Source: Malacoraja senta
Taxonomy: Eukaryota
Direction: 5' to 3'
DNA: 64,000 bases
Assembly (NCBI GenBank): GCA_038087875.1
Contig: CM075994.1
Coordinates: 6,448,001 to 6,512,000, forward strand
A program made the position numbers and the translations under genes. The stretch's first letter is position 1. Every line of letters starts with the position of its first letter. The notes beneath the pieces are model-generated. The model was not told where the DNA came from, did no database searches, and saw only the letters and a list, made by a program, of their open reading frames with translations. Shown here one piece after another: positions 11,101-23,517 of this stretch.

Positions 11101-12383
11101 TGCGGGGATCGCTGGTAGGTGCAGACTCGGTGGGCCGAATGGCCTGTTCTTGGGCTGTATCTCTAAAAATAAAACTAACATAGCTCAGCCTCTCCAGTCT
11201 AAACTTGGAAGCTGAATTTTCCATTTTAAGCAAAGATTATTGAACAGGCGACTAAAACCATGTGAGGAAAAGTTAGGGTGAATACACAGTCGTCTACCCG
11301 GTGTAGGGGAATGGAGAACCAGAGGACATAGGTTTAAGCTGAAAGGGAAGGGATTGATAAGGAAACCGAGGGGCAATGTTTCCCACAGAGGGTGGGTGGT
11401 ACATGAATGAGGAGGGGAGGTACTTGAGGCAGGTACTATAACATAATTTAAAGCTACATGTACATGGATAGTAAAGGTTTAGAAGGAGAAATGCCAAATG
11501 CGGGAATATGGGACTAGCTTAGATGGGACATCTTGGGCGTCATGGACAAGTGGGGCTGAAGGGCACTATTATCTTCTTGCATGACACGTAAGCAATTGCA
11601 GCGAATTTTAGACGCAACCCCGCACGTCACACAAACCAACCTCCCTTCTATCGATTCCATTTATACCTCACGCATAATCAAGGACAAGTCGTACCGTGCC
11701 CACTCCCTCTTCTCCCCTCTCCCTTCAGGCAAAAGTTATAGAAGTGTGAAACTGCACACCTCTAGATTCAGGAACAGTTCCTACTCAGCTGTTATCAGGC
11801 AACTGAATCATCCTACCACAACCAGAGAGCAGTGCTGAACTACTATCTATCTCTTTGATGTCCCTCGGTCTATCCTTGACCGGACTTTACCTTGCACGAA
11901 ATGTTATTCCCTTATCATGTATCTATACATTATAAATGGATTGATTGTAATCATGTATTGTCTTTCTGTTGACTCGATAGCACACAACAAAAAGCTTTTC
12001 ATTGCAGCTCGGTACACGTGACAATAAACTAAGCTGAACTGAACTGATCTCCATCATCCTGTTCCTGTTCATCAACAAGTCATTAGATTGGCAATTGAAA
12101 TATTGATTTATCTTCAGGTTATAAGCCACTGAGAATCTCAAGCCGTGTACTTTTTACAGCCGCCTCAATCATCTTCATCTCAGCTATCTTTTGCTACATG
12201 TATTGCAAGAGGACAAGCTCAGCACAAGTCAGTACCTTAGAATATTTTTTCTTCGTCCAATTCCAGGTAATAATCTGTAACCCACCCACCCCTCTCTCCC
12301 TCTCTCTATTCCCTCTGCCTTACCAGTTAGTGCGCCCATTTCTCCCACTATCCCATCCGTCCCCTTACCCTTCAACGATTTGA
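4353..12383 (+). CDS. CD2/SLAM-family-like Ig receptor, gene A (spliced model, about 285 aa, short cytoplasmic tail)
   Basis: Exons 4353-4422 (leader), 8721-9050 (IgV), 9649-9939 (IgC2), 12118-12227 (TM), 12327-12383 (stop TGA). All junctions are GT-AG and phase-compatible (1,1,1,0). Homologous exons recur in genes B and C. Confidence 0.72.
4884..5108. repeat. (TGTC)n microsatellite in gene A intron 1
   Basis: Direct tandem tetranucleotide with a degenerate middle. Confidence 0.97.
5120..5820 (+). mobile_element. Rex1/Babar-like LINE 3' fragment (homologues about 34020-34730 and 49995-50690)
   Basis: RT C-terminal peptide [21 protein letters not shown]...INKLIRKAG. Present in intron 1 of all three genes, so it predates the duplications. 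Confidence 0.7.
6079..6737 (-). mobile_element. 5'-truncated Rex1/Babar-like LINE with 21-bp TSD
   Basis: ORF 6298-6798 (KKAHQRMYFLRQLRK...LQRIVRSAEKVIG...SLPSGRR), (TTAC)n tail, TSD ATGCCATATTCTGAATATGTG at 6058-6078 and 6738-6758. Confidence 0.85.
6940..7037 (+). pseudogene. Truncated IgC2 pseudo-exon (cassette 1 of locus A; V exon deleted)
   Basis: gaaacag|aacatgtgtcatt...cacggcaccgagcca matches the first third of the C2 exon, then joins the pre-V intron sequence. Confidence 0.8.
7344..7589 (+). pseudogene. IgV pseudo-exon (cassette 2 of locus A)
   Basis: Acceptor AG mutated to AA (tttcaa), +1 insertion (ggacatgtcag), 3' end removed at a MITE. Confidence 0.85.
7591..7877. mobile_element. 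MITE with about 43-bp terminal inverted repeats
   Basis: Left ccctgtcccacggtgcgagttcgttccaagagctctcccgagt matches the reverse complement of the right end with few mismatches. Confidence 0.85.
7903..8208 (+). pseudogene. IgC2 pseudo-exon (cassette 2 of locus A)
   Basis: 1-nt deletion (ggagacgcaagg) giving a stop at 8055-8057, plus a 16-bp internal tandem duplication (gaaccctgttagtga). Splice sites intact. Confidence 0.85.
8721..9050 (+). CDS. Gene A IgV exon (CD2/SLAM N-terminal domain)
   Basis: Acceptor tgtttcag|, donor TATG|gtaatc, 330 nt open. Motifs [13 protein letters not shown] in C strand, [17 protein letters not shown]. Confidence 0.85.
9649..9939 (+). CDS. Gene A IgC2 exon
   Basis: Acceptor gaaacag|, donor GAAG|gtctgt, 291 nt. 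SLAM-type four-Cys pattern [22 protein letters not shown]. Confidence 0.88.
10180..10450 (-). mobile_element. HE1-like SINE (orthologous copies about 38160-38440 and 52500-52780)
   Basis: Reverse-complement SINE body, at the same position in intron 3 of all three genes. Confidence 0.75.
10885..11175 (+). mobile_element. HE1-like SINE (orthologous copies about 38875-39135 and 53250-53510)
   Basis: SINE head and body motifs. Confidence 0.75.
12118..12227 (+). CDS. Gene A transmembrane exon [37 protein letters not shown]
   Basis: Acceptor tcttcag|, donor CAA|gtcagt. About 20 hydrophobic residues followed by a KR stop-transfer. Conserved in B and C. Confidence 0.8.
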
Positions 12384-12413
12384 CCGTGGATGGAATGCGC
12401 CAAGAATTAATTG
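12327..12413 (+). CDS. Gene A cytoplasmic exon 1 (87 nt; frameshifted relative to B/C, stop at 12381-12383)
   Basis: Polypyrimidine acceptor ccttaccag|, donor ATTG|gtgaaa. Paralogues are 88 and 82 nt. Confidence 0.65.
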
Positions 12414-12429
12414 GTGAAACTGTGGATAT

Positions 12430-12790
12430 GCGAGAGACTTGGATGTGGATGTGGAGAGGATTTTTCCAATAGTGGGAGACACTAGGACTAGAGGTCATAG
12501 CCTCAGATTTAAAGGACGGTTTTTTAGGAAGGAGATCAGGAGGAATGTATTTTGTCAGAGGGTGGTGAATCTGTGGAATTCTTTGCCATAGAAGGCTGTG
12601 GAGGACGTCAATGGATATTTTTGTGGCAGACGGAGATAGATTCTTGATTAGTACAGGTGTCAGGCGTTACAGGGAGCAGGTAGGATAATAAGGTTAAGAG
12701 GGAGATACAGATCAGCCATGATTCAATGGCGGGGTAGACTTGATGGGCCGAATGGCCTAATTCTGCTCCTATCACTTATGACCTTATGTG
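12430..12790 (+). mobile_element. CR1 3' fragment in the last intron (also about 40400-40760 and 58890-59250)
   Basis: gatgtggagaggat...ggtggtgaatctgtggaattc...gatcagccatgat CR1 3' sequence. Confidence 0.75.
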
Positions 12791-12913
12791 GGGCCAAAGA
12801 TGACGGTTTCTGCGGGGATTATAGGGATGATTGAAACAATATGCTGGCATCGCGCTAGATTGGGATGGGACATTAAAGTAATTTTAAAATACACCAAAGA
12901 AACGTCCCATTAG

Positions 12914-13041
12914 CGAGGCGAGCTGCAGATAGTTCAACCCATGTGGTTTGGACCCTGGCTGCAGATGCTGTCGCATTCTATCGCCCACTGCGGTCCCAGA
13001 CCACACGTAGCGTGAACAAAAATACGCGTGTGATCGGATAA
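12914..13041 (+). other. Gene A homologue of cytoplasmic exon 2 (predicted 3'UTR in A because of the upstream stop)
   Basis: Close match to 40884-41005 and 59377-59504. The ancestral frame is still open to TAA 13039-13041. Confidence 0.55.
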
Positions 13042-13827
13042 ACAGATGGGGCTTGGAACAAGGTGCAGCAGAGAGGACAGTCCGTGCTTAAAGGTGATAA
13101 CCGCACCGTATTTAAGTTGACAAACCCACAGTAACATCCTCTGACAACACCATTCTGCCTTTTTTTTTGTATGTAATTCTCTAAAGTGAAAAGTCATGGC
13201 GGTGACCGATAAGGCATAATCAGAAAAGGACACAACGTGCTGGAGTAACTCAGCGGGTCTGGCTGGATCTCTGGAGAGCACGGAAAGGCGACACAGCTTC
13301 GAGTCACAGCTCCATCCAAGACCGCAAGAAATTGCAGCGAATTGTAGACGCAGCCCAGACCATCACACAAACCGACCTCCCTTCCATTGATTCCATCTAC
13401 ACCTCACGCTGCCTTCGCAAGGCCAGCAGCATAATCAAAGAGGAGTTACACCCTGTCCACTCTCTCTTCTCCCCTCTCCTATCAGACAAAGGTACATTGC
13501 AGACATCCATATTCAAGGACAGTTTATTCCCAGCTGTTATCAGGCAACTGAATCATCCAGCCACAACCAGAGAGAAGTGCTGAACTACTATCCCCCCCTC
13601 ATTGGCGACCCGCAGACTATCCTTGATTGGACTTTGCTGGTTTTACCTTGCGCTAAATGTTATTCCCTTATCACTGTAAGTGGCTTGATTGTAATCATGT
13701 GTTGTCTTACCGCTGACTGGGTAGCACTCAACAAAAGTTTTTCACTGTACCTCGGTGCAGGTAACAATAAAGAAAACTGTAAACCAAATTGTACTATACC
13801 TTCTTCAAACTGATTTGGTGGAAGTTG

Positions 13828-15696
13828 CGGAGAAGAAGGCTGGAAAAGGGGGAGAGGCATGCCAAAACGTGGCAGGTAATAGTGAGACAGGTGAATGGGG
13901 AGCTTGATAGGCAGGTAGTGTCATGGAAACATACAGCGTGGAAACAGGCTCTTCGGCCCAACTTGCCCACACCGACCAACATGCCCCATCTACACTCGTC
14001 AGACCTGCCTGCATTTGGCCCATATTCTTCCAAACCTATCATATCCATGTACCTGTCTAATTGTTTCTTGAACGTTGCAATGATCCCTGCCTCAACGCTC
14101 ACTACTGGAAATATATATTTGAAGGAACTGCAGATGCTCGTTTAAACGAAAGATAGACACAAAATGCTGGAGTAACCGAGCGGGACAGGCAACAACTCTG
14201 GAGAGAAGGAATGCGTGACGTTTCAGGTCGAGACCCTTCTTCTACTGCTGGAAAGATCCTCTCCACGTCCGTTCTATCTCGAACTTTCATTGTCTGGCAA
14301 GTTTCAATGAAATCCCCATCATCCTTCTAAACTCCAGCGAGTACAGGCCCAGAGTCTTCAAATGCTCCTCATACATTAACCCGATCATCCCTGGGATCAT
14401 TCTCGTAAACCTCCTCTAGACCCTCTGCAATGCCACCACATCCTGCACATCCTTCCTCAGTTATGGGACCCAACACTGCTCACAGTATTGCAAATGTGGC
14501 CTCACCAACACCTTATAAGTTATTGTGCTTGGAATTAAATCCTCTCCACTGTAAGTCTCGGCTGATACTTTAACTGAACGTATTTTTATACTTTAGTGAT
14601 ACAGTGTGGAAACAGGCCCTTCGGCGCATTGAGTCCGCGCCGATCAGTGATCATCCCGTACACAGTAGCATTATCCTACACACTTGGGACAATTTACAAT
14701 TTTACTGGAGCCAATTAATCTACAAATCTGTACATCTTTGGGAGGAAACCGGAGCACCCGGAGAAGAAGGCTGGAAAAGGGGGAGAGGCATGCCAAAACG
14801 TGGCAGGTAATAGTGAGACAGGTGAATGGGGAGCTTGATAGGCAGGTAGTGTCATGGAAACATACAGCGTGGAAACAGGCTCTTCGGCCCAACTTGCCCA
14901 CACCGACCAACATGCCCCATCTACACTCGTCAGACCTGCCTGCATTTGGCCCATATTCTTCCAAACCTATCATATCCATGTACCTGTCTAATTGTTTCTT
15001 GAACGTTGCAATGATCCCTGCCTCAACGCTCACTACTGGAAATATATATTTGAAGGAACTGCAGATGCTCGTTTAAACGAAAGATAGACACAAAATGCTG
15101 GAGTAACCGAGCGGGACAGGCAACAACTCTGGAGAGAAGGAATGCGTGACGTTTCAGGTCGAGACCCTTCTTCTACTGCTGGAAAGATCCTCTCCACGTC
15201 CGTTCTATCTCGAACTTTCATTGTCTGGCAAGTTTCAATGAAATCCCCATCATCCTTCTAAACTCCAGCGAGTACAGGCCCAGAGTCTTCAAATGCTCCT
15301 CATACATTAACCCGATCATCCCTGGGATCATTCTCGTAAACCTCCTCTAGACCCTCTGCAATGCCACCACATCCTGCACATCCTTCCTCAGTTATGGGAC
15401 CCAACACTGCTCACAGTATTGCAAATGTGGCCTCACCAACACCTTATAAGTTATTGTGCTTGGAATTAAATCCTCTCCACTGTAAGTCTCGGCTGATACT
15501 TTAACTGAACGTATTTTTATACTTTAGTGATACAGTGTGGAAACAGGCCCTTCGGCGCATTGAGTCCGCGCCGATCAGTGATCATCCCGTACACAGTAGC
15601 ATTATCCTACACACTTGGGACAATTTACAATTTTACTGGAGCCAATTAATCTACAAATCTGTACATCTTTGGGAGGAAACCGGAGCACCCGGAGAA
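13828..15696. repeat. 931-bp direct tandem duplication
   Basis: Identical ORFs at offset 931. CGGAGAA at 13828, 14759 and 15690. Confidence 0.95.
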
Positions 15697-16099
15697 AACC
15701 CACATGATCCCACAAACCCACAGGGAGAACGTGCAAACTCCGTAAATACAGCAGCCGTGGTCAGGATCGAACCCGGGTCTCTGGCGCTGTAAGGCAGCAA
15801 GTCTACGGCTGTGCCACCGTGCGACTTACAGCACAGAAATAGGCCCTTCGGCCCAATTGCCCAGGTCATCTAACGCTCCTCCTATGTTAACCCAATCATC
15901 ACCAGGTCCATTCAAGTAAACCTTGCTCTGTGCGTTACAAGCCTGAGTCACATAAACACAAGGTCTAAATACATGGTCCACTGACAAGCTGCGGCGAGGA
16001 AGAGACCATGCGAGAAGCTGCAGCCCCTGTACCACTATCTGAAGGGGATGCTCCTCAAGTTTTGGTTATATTTTAGTCCCACGATTTTGGTATTTGGGC

Positions 16100-16480
16100 A
16101 CAAGGCAGGGAGTGGGGAGGGTCGATCGTGAGGGTGGGATCTCCCTGTCAGTCAGCTCCTGGGCCTGACCAAGATGGCCATCCAGGTGTCCAGACAGCGG
16201 GCGGTCGATGGTCACACCAGGGTCAGCTGTCCGACCTCTTCTGGGTCTACGTCCGTTCCTGCGTGTCCCCAGAGAGGGAACACACACGCGGTGTCCACGG
16301 GGACTCTGGGGGCCTTCCGTGTACGCCGGTCGCCGCGGGGGACGGGGGGGGGGGTGAATTGCAGACAAGGATGGTACAATTGTATCACAATGACTGCCTG
16401 ATGGAATGTGACTATTGAAATCGTGTACTATCTTGTCCAGTGTAAACACTGAATAAAGCTCCATGAAAGAAGGGGGGGGG
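16100..16480 (+). mobile_element. Tx1-like LINE 3' end fragment
   Basis: Peptide LTKMAIQVSRQRAVDG...HAVSTGTLGAF resembles a Tx1 ORF2 C-terminus, followed by AATAAA. Confidence 0.6.
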
Positions 16481-17477
16481 GGGGGAATGGCCCACTGACA
16501 TTCTCCCCTTTCAAGCCACAGAGAGATTTGTGTGAACTGGATGCCAGTGGAGGAGAGGAAACATAGAAACGTAGAAAATATGTGCTGGAGTAGGCCTTTC
16601 CGTCCTTCGAGCCAGCACCGCTGTTCAATATGATCATGGCTGATCATCCAAAATCAGTGCCCCGTTCCTGCTTTTTTCCCCCATATCCCTCGATTCCTTT
16701 GGCCCTAAGAGCTAAATCTAACTCTCTTGAATACATCCAATTAATTGGCCTCCACTGTCTTCTGTGGCAGGGAATTCCACTGGTTCGCAACTCTCTGGGT
16801 GAAAATGTTTTTCCTCATCTCAATCCTAAATGGCCTACCCCTTATTCTTAAACTGTGACCCCTGGTTCTGGACTCCCCCAACATCGGGAACATGAGGAAA
16901 AGTTTTCCTGCATCGGAAAGCACAGCTCACCACGATTTACGATGAGATAAAATTCTATCCCGATCTGGACACTGCAGGCAAGAACGACCGAGGGAAAGGC
17001 ATCAAATCTAACCACCTGCTTGAATTGTGCCTTGAATTTAGATTAGTTTAGAGATACAAATGGTGGCGCAGCGGTAGAGTTGCCACCTTACAGCGCTAAC
17101 AGCGCCAGAGACCCTGGTTCGATCCTGACTACGGGTGCTGTTTTGTACGCAGTTTATAAGTTAGCACGTCACCTGTGTGTCTCCTCCCAGTTTCCTCGTT
17201 AATTGGCTTCATTTATGGTAACCGCTGCGATAGCGTGCAACAGCCGTAAGTGGGTCTCACCGTGAGGAGCCTGTGTCGCGTCCTTGGCGTTGATGAGAGC
17301 GGATCACCGCGATCAGCTTCTCGATTGAGTTTCTTCTCTTGGCCTGAGGTTGGCCTCCAGGATCTGCACCACCCCCTGGGACTCGTGGCCCCGCCGCTCC
17401 CGCAGGCCGTTCTCCTGCTCCCGTGCATGGTGCCGAACTGCCCCTCAATGCCGGGAGAGTGGGTGAAGGGGTGACTC

Positions 17478-17642
17478 NNNNNNNNNNNNNNNNNNNNNNN
17501 NNNNNNNNNNNNNNNNNNNNNNNNNNNNNNNNNNNNNNNNNNNNNNNNNNNNNNNNNNNNNNNNNNNNNNNNNNNNNNNNNNNNNNNNNNNNNNNNNNNN
17601 NNNNNNNNNNNNNNNNNNNNNNNNNNNNNNNNNNNNNNNNNN
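17478..17642. other. Assembly gap (165 N)
   Basis: Run of N. Confidence 1.
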
Positions 17643-18320
17643 ACTGACACACACATACAGACACGAACACGCATACACACAAATAAACCTCAAGCACATG
17701 CTGACACACATACAGACGAACACATACAGACACACCCACACGCACACACGCACAAGCACACAGATAATCCCAAAACCGTACAGGTTTGTAGGTTAATTGG
17801 CTTGGTAAATTTAAAAATTCTCCCGAGTGTGTGTAGGATAGTGTTAGTGTGCAGGGATCGCTGGTCGGCGCGGACATGGAGGTCCGAAAGGCCTGTTACC
17901 GCACCGTATCTCTAAACTAAACATACACATACAGACACACTCAAAGATACGTACACACACACAGATAAACATACACATACAGACATCTACACAGACACAC
18001 ATACACACATACAGACAAACACCAATAAACATACACAAACAGACACATGCGCACACGCAGGTAAACACGGGAGGGCGGGGCTATTTCCGCGATGAAGAAG
18101 GGTCTCGACCCGAAAATCACCCATTCCTTCTCTCCAGAGATACTGGGTTACTCCAGCATTTTGTGTCTATCTTCTGCTACCTACAGTCTGAAGACTCTCC
18201 CCTCGCTTGATTCTACCAGTTCACCTTCCCGCTGTTGTATCACCCCACCCCCTGAACTTCCTCAACGCGGTCCCGTCCCTTTTACATTCACAGATACTGC
18301 TTGATCACGCTGAGTTCTGA

Positions 18321-18612
18321 GGACGGCACGGTGGCGCAGCGGTAGAGTTGCTGCCTTAGAGCACCAGAAATCCGGGTTCGATCCTGACCACGGGTGCTGT
18401 CTGCACGGAGTTTGTACGTTCTCCCCGTGACATGCGTGGGTTTTCTACGAGATCTTCAGTTTCCTCCCACATACAAGTTTGTACGTGAACCGGCTTGGCA
18501 TAAGTGTAAATTGTCCATAGTATGTTTAGGATAGAGTAAATGTGCGGGGATCGCTGGTCGGTGCGGATTCGGTGGGCCGAAGGGCCTGTTTCCGCGCTGT
18601 ATCACTAAACTA
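18321..18612 (+). mobile_element. HE1-like SINE, nearly complete
   Basis: ggcacggtggcgcagcggtagagttgctgcc...gggttcgatcc head, full body and tail. Confidence 0.85.
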
Positions 18613-19039
18613 AGCAGTTTATATATTTGTGAATTTTTGTGATGTTGGCGAATATCGTGAGAGGTACTAACACTACTGATTAAGACGCTATTGAACGTAG
18701 ATATACATATATATTTCTTATAAATAATATTTTGTATATATTTCTTATTTTCTTATATAAATATATATATATTTTAATTGTTTTACATTTTAAACACGGC
18801 AGATCGTCGTCCTAGGAAACTGTTTAAACTTTTTAAATCATTTGTGCCCCATAAACCTTTTAAGGGTCAGGCCACCTAATTTAATTAACACGTTTTAATT
18901 GTTAAACGACGATTCTTTTGTAATATTGAAAGTCTGAAACATGTAAAAGTCTAGTTTTTAAGTTTTAGATTGCTGGCACACAAAAAAGAATGATTGATTC
19001 TTGCATCTTGTTTGGTAAGCAACCTTTTCTGTTCGCTAG

Positions 19040-20135
19040 AACAAAGACCAGCAGACAATAGGCAATAGGTACAGGACTAGGCCATTCGGCCCTTCGAGCC
19101 ATTCAATGTGATCATGGCTGATCATCCCCAATCAGTACCCCGTTCCTGCCTTCTCCCCATATCCCCTGACTCCGCTATCTTTAAGAGCCCTATCTAGCTC
19201 TAGAAACATAGAAACATAGAAACATAGAAAATAGGTGCAGGAGGAGGCCATTCGGCCCTTCGAGCCAGCACTGCCATTCACTGTGATCATGGCTGATCGT
19301 CCCCTATCAATAACCCTTGCCTGCCTTCTCCCCATATCCCTCGACTCCACTAGCCCCTGGAGCTCTACCAAACTCTCTCTTAAATCCATCCAGTGACTTG
19401 GCCTCCACTGCCCTCTGTGGTAGGGAATTCCATAAATTCACAACTCTCTGGGTGAAAAAAAAAATTCTCACCTCAGTCTGAAATGACGTCCCATTTATTC
19501 TATTCTAAGACTGTGGCCCCTGGTTTATGGACTCGCCCCACATTGGGAACATTTTTCCTGCATCTAGCTTGTCCAGTCCTTTTATAATTTTATATGTTTC
19601 TATAAGATCCCCCCTCATCTTTTATATTTCTATAAGATCCCCCCTCTAAACTCCGGTGAATACAAGCCTAGTCTTTTCAATCTTTCCTCATATGACAGTC
19701 CCGCCATCCCAGGGATCAATCTCGTGAACCTACGCTGCACTGCCTCAATCACAAGGATGTCCTTCCTCAAATTAGGAGACCAAAACGGTACACAATACTC
19801 CAGATGTGGTCTCACCAGAGCCCTATACAACTGCAGAAGAACCTCTTTACTCCTCTACTGAAATCCTCTTGTTATGAAGGCCAACATTCAATTAGCTTTC
19901 TTCACTGCCTGCTGTACCTGCACGCCAACTTCAGTGACACCCAGGTCTCGCTGTAAGCCAACTTTCAGTGACCGGTGTACAAGGACGCCCAGGTCTTGCT
20001 GCACCTCCCCCTTACCTAACCTAACCCCATTGAGATAATAATCTCCCGCCTTGTTTTTGCCGCCAAAGTGGATAACCTCACATTTATCTATATTATACTG
20101 CATCTGCCACGCATCTACCCACTCACTCAACCTGG
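19040..20135 (-). mobile_element. Stacked CR1 3' fragments
   Basis: (TTTCTATG)n tail seen as agaaacat repeats at 19201-19230. RT C-terminal ORFs [19 protein letters not shown]. Confidence 0.85.
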
Positions 20136-20164
20136 CAACCTTTCTCTTAAAACCCCACTCAACC

Positions 20165-23100
20165 TATCTCTTAGAAGTGTCCAGAAAACCGGCCTCCACC
20201 GCCCTCTGAGGCAGAGAATTCCACAGACTCACACTCTGTGTGAGAAAAAGTGTTTCCTTGTCTCCGTTCTAAATGGCTTACCCCGTATCCTTAAACTGTG
20301 GCCCCTGGTTCTGGACTCCCCCAACATCGGGAACATGTTACCTGCCTCTAGCGTGTCCAAACCCTCTCATCCTTCTAAACTCCAGAGTGTACAACCCAGC
20401 TGCTCAATTTTCTCAGCATATGACAGTCCCGCCATCCCGGGAATTAACCTTGTAAACCTACGCTGCACTCCCTCAATAGCAATAATGTCCTTCCTCAAAT
20501 TAGGGGACCAAAACTGCACACAATAATGCAGGTGTGGTCTCACTAGGGCCCTGTATAACTGCAGAAGGACCTCTTTGCACCTATGCTCGACTCCTCTTGT
20601 TATGCAGGCCAACATTCGCTTTCATCACTGCCTGCTGTACCTGCATGCTTACTTTCATACTAATGAACAAGGGCCCCTAGATTCTGTTGTAGTTCCCCAT
20701 TTCCCAACTCAACGCCATTTAGATAGTAATCTGCCTTTCTGTTTTTGATACCAAAGTTGATAACCTCACATTTGTCCACATTAAACTTCATCTGCCATGC
20801 ATCTGGCCACTCCCCCAACCTGTCCAAGTCACCCTGCATTCTCATAGTATCCTCCTCGCAGTTCACACTGCCACCCGGCTTTGTGTTATCTGCAAATTTG
20901 CTAATGTTACTTTGAATCACTTCATCCAAATCATTGATGCATATTGTAAATAGCTGCAGTCTCAGCACCGAGCCTTGCAGTACCCCACTAGTCACGGCCT
21001 GCCATTCTGAAAGGGACCCGTTAATCCCTACTCTTTGTTTACTGGCTGCCAACCAATTTTCTATCCATGTCAACACTCAACCCCCAATACCATGTGCCCT
21101 AATTTTCCCCGCTAATATCCTATGTGGGACCTTATCAAATGCTTTCTGAAAGTCCAGGTACACTACATCCACTGGTTCTCCCTTGTCCATTTTCCTAGTT
21201 ACATCCTCAAAAAATTCCAGAAGATTAATCAGGCATGATTTCCCGTTCGTAAATCCATGCAGACTCGGACCGATCCTTTTACTGCCATCCAAATGTGTGC
21301 CTATTTCATCTTTTATAATTGACTCCAGCATCTTCCCCACCACCGATGTCAGGCTAACTGGTCTATAATTCCCAGTTTTCTCTCTCCCGCCTTTCTTTAA
21401 AAATGGGATAACATTAACTACCCTCCAATCCACTGGAACTGGTCCTGAGTCTATAGAACATTGGAAAATTATCACCAATGCATCTACCATTTCTAGAGCC
21501 ACCTCCTTAAGTACCCTGGGATAGAGACCATCAGGCCCTGGGGATTTATCAGCCTTCTGTCCCATCAGTCCACCCAACACCATTTCCGGCCTAATGTGGA
21601 TTTCCTTCAGTTCCTCCGTCACCCTAGATCCTCTGGCCACTACTATATCAGGAAGATTGTTTGTGTCCTCCTTAGTGAAGACAGATCCAAAGTACCTGTT
21701 CATCTGCCATTTCCTTGTTCCCCATAATAAATTCACCTTTTTCGGTCTTCAAGGGTCCAACTTTGGTCTTAACTACTTTTTTCCTCTTCACATACCTAAA
21801 GAAGCTTTTACTATCCTCCTTTATATTCTTGGCTAGCTTACCTTCGTACCTCATCTTTTCTCCCCGTATTGTGTTTTTAGTTATCTTCCATTGCTCTTTA
21901 AACATTACCCAATCCTCTTTCTTCCCGCTCATCTTTGCTATGTTGTACTTCTCCTCGTCTATTTTTATACTGTTCCTGACGTCCCTTGTCAGCCACGGTC
22001 GCCCCTTGCTCCCCTTGGAATCTTTCTTCCTCAACAGAATGAACAGATCCTGCACCTTCTGTATTATTCCTAGAAATACCTGCCATTTTTTGTTCCACTG
22101 TCATCCCTGCTAGTGTATCTTTCCAGTCAACTTTGGCCAGGTCCTCCCTTATGGCCCCAGAGTCCCCTTTATTCAACTGTAACACTGATACCTCCGATCT
22201 ACCCTTCACCCTCTCCAATTGTAGATTAAACCTGACCATATTTTGGTCACTACCTCCTAATGGCTCATTAACCTCGTACATTTCATAACACTAAATCCAG
22301 AATTGCATTCTCCCTGGCAGGCTCTAATACAAGCTGCTCTAAGATTCCATCATAAAGACACTCTACAACGTCCCTTTCTTGGGGTCCAGTACCAACCTGA
22401 TTTCCCCAGTCTACTTGCATGTTGAAATCTCCCATAACAACCACAGCATTAACTTTGCTACATGCCAATTTGAACTCCTGATTCAACTTGCACCCTATGT
22501 CCAGGCTACTGTTTGGGGGCTTGTAGATAAATCCCATTAGTGTCTTTTTACCCATACAATTCCTTAGTTCTATCCATACTGACTCCACATCTACTGTTTT
22601 GTCACCCCTTGCAATGGAGTGAATTTCATTCCTCAGCAACAGAGCTACCCTACCCCCTCTACCCACCTGTCTGTCTTTTCGGTAGGAGGTATACCCTTGG
22701 ATATTCAGTTTCCAGCCCTGGCCCTCTTGCAGCCATGTCTCTTAAATTCCCACAACATCATACTTGCCAATTTCTAACTGAACCTCAAACTCGTCCACTT
22801 TATTTCTTATACTTTGCGCATTCATATGCAACACTCTGACCTCCTTATTCACGTCCCCGCGCGCACTGCTCGCAATTGGCCCTGGCCTTTTCTCTTTTAT
22901 CCCTTCTCGAACTTTCCTTCCCATTAATTCGAGAATCTTTTGTAATTTTTCCTGTACTCACTTCCCCTTCAACTCCATCTTTATACTCCCAATTTGTCAA
23001 TCCCCCACTATTTAGTTTAAACCCACACGTGTAGCCCTAGCTAACCTGCCTGCCAGAATGTCGGTCCCCCTCCAGTTAAGGTGTAATCCGTCCCTTTTGT

Positions 23101-23390
23101 ACAGGTCACCCCAAACCCAGAAAAGATCCCATTAAATCTAAATCCTTGCTCCCTGCACCAGCCCCTCAGCCACACATTCAGATCCCCTATCTCCCTGTTC
23201 CTGTCCTCACTAGCACGAGGTACTGGAAGCAATCCAGAGGTAACCACCCTAGAGGTCCTGCTTTTCAGTCTTCTTCCTAACTCTCTGAACTCACGTTGGA
23301 GAACCACTTTCCTCTTCTTCCCGATGTCGTTTGTGCCTACATGCACAACTACTGCCGGCTGTTCACCTTCTCTCTCAAGGATGTTCTGAA
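20165..23390 (-). mobile_element. CR1 LINE, long degenerate copy (ORF1 esterase part, APE endonuclease, RT)
   Basis: HVGTNDIG esterase 23041-23346; NAQSIRNKVDE endonuclease about 22830; KSPGPDGLYP, NYRPVSLTSVVGK, YLDFQKAFDKVPH, GVLQGSVL, KFADNTK RT motifs in broken frames. Confidence 0.92.
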
Positions 23391-23517
23391 CAGATGTTTG
23401 TTAATGCACCAGGGTGACAACAGATGTTTGTTAATACACAACATTACACAAAATGTTGTCAGGCATCGGATCATGTTTTACGGTGGCACTGCAAAATCCC
23501 ATAAGAAACATGACCTC

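Noticed and set aside
12228-12326. Alternative donor ttccag|gtaata or read-through extending the TM exon
   Set aside because: It would leave a 60-nt intron. The CAG|GTCAGT donor in B and C gives a more plausible intron of about 100 nt. Not excluded as a minor isoform.
18321-18400. tRNA-like sequence with A and B boxes
   Set aside because: It is the head of an HE1-like SINE with body and tail, not a tRNA gene.
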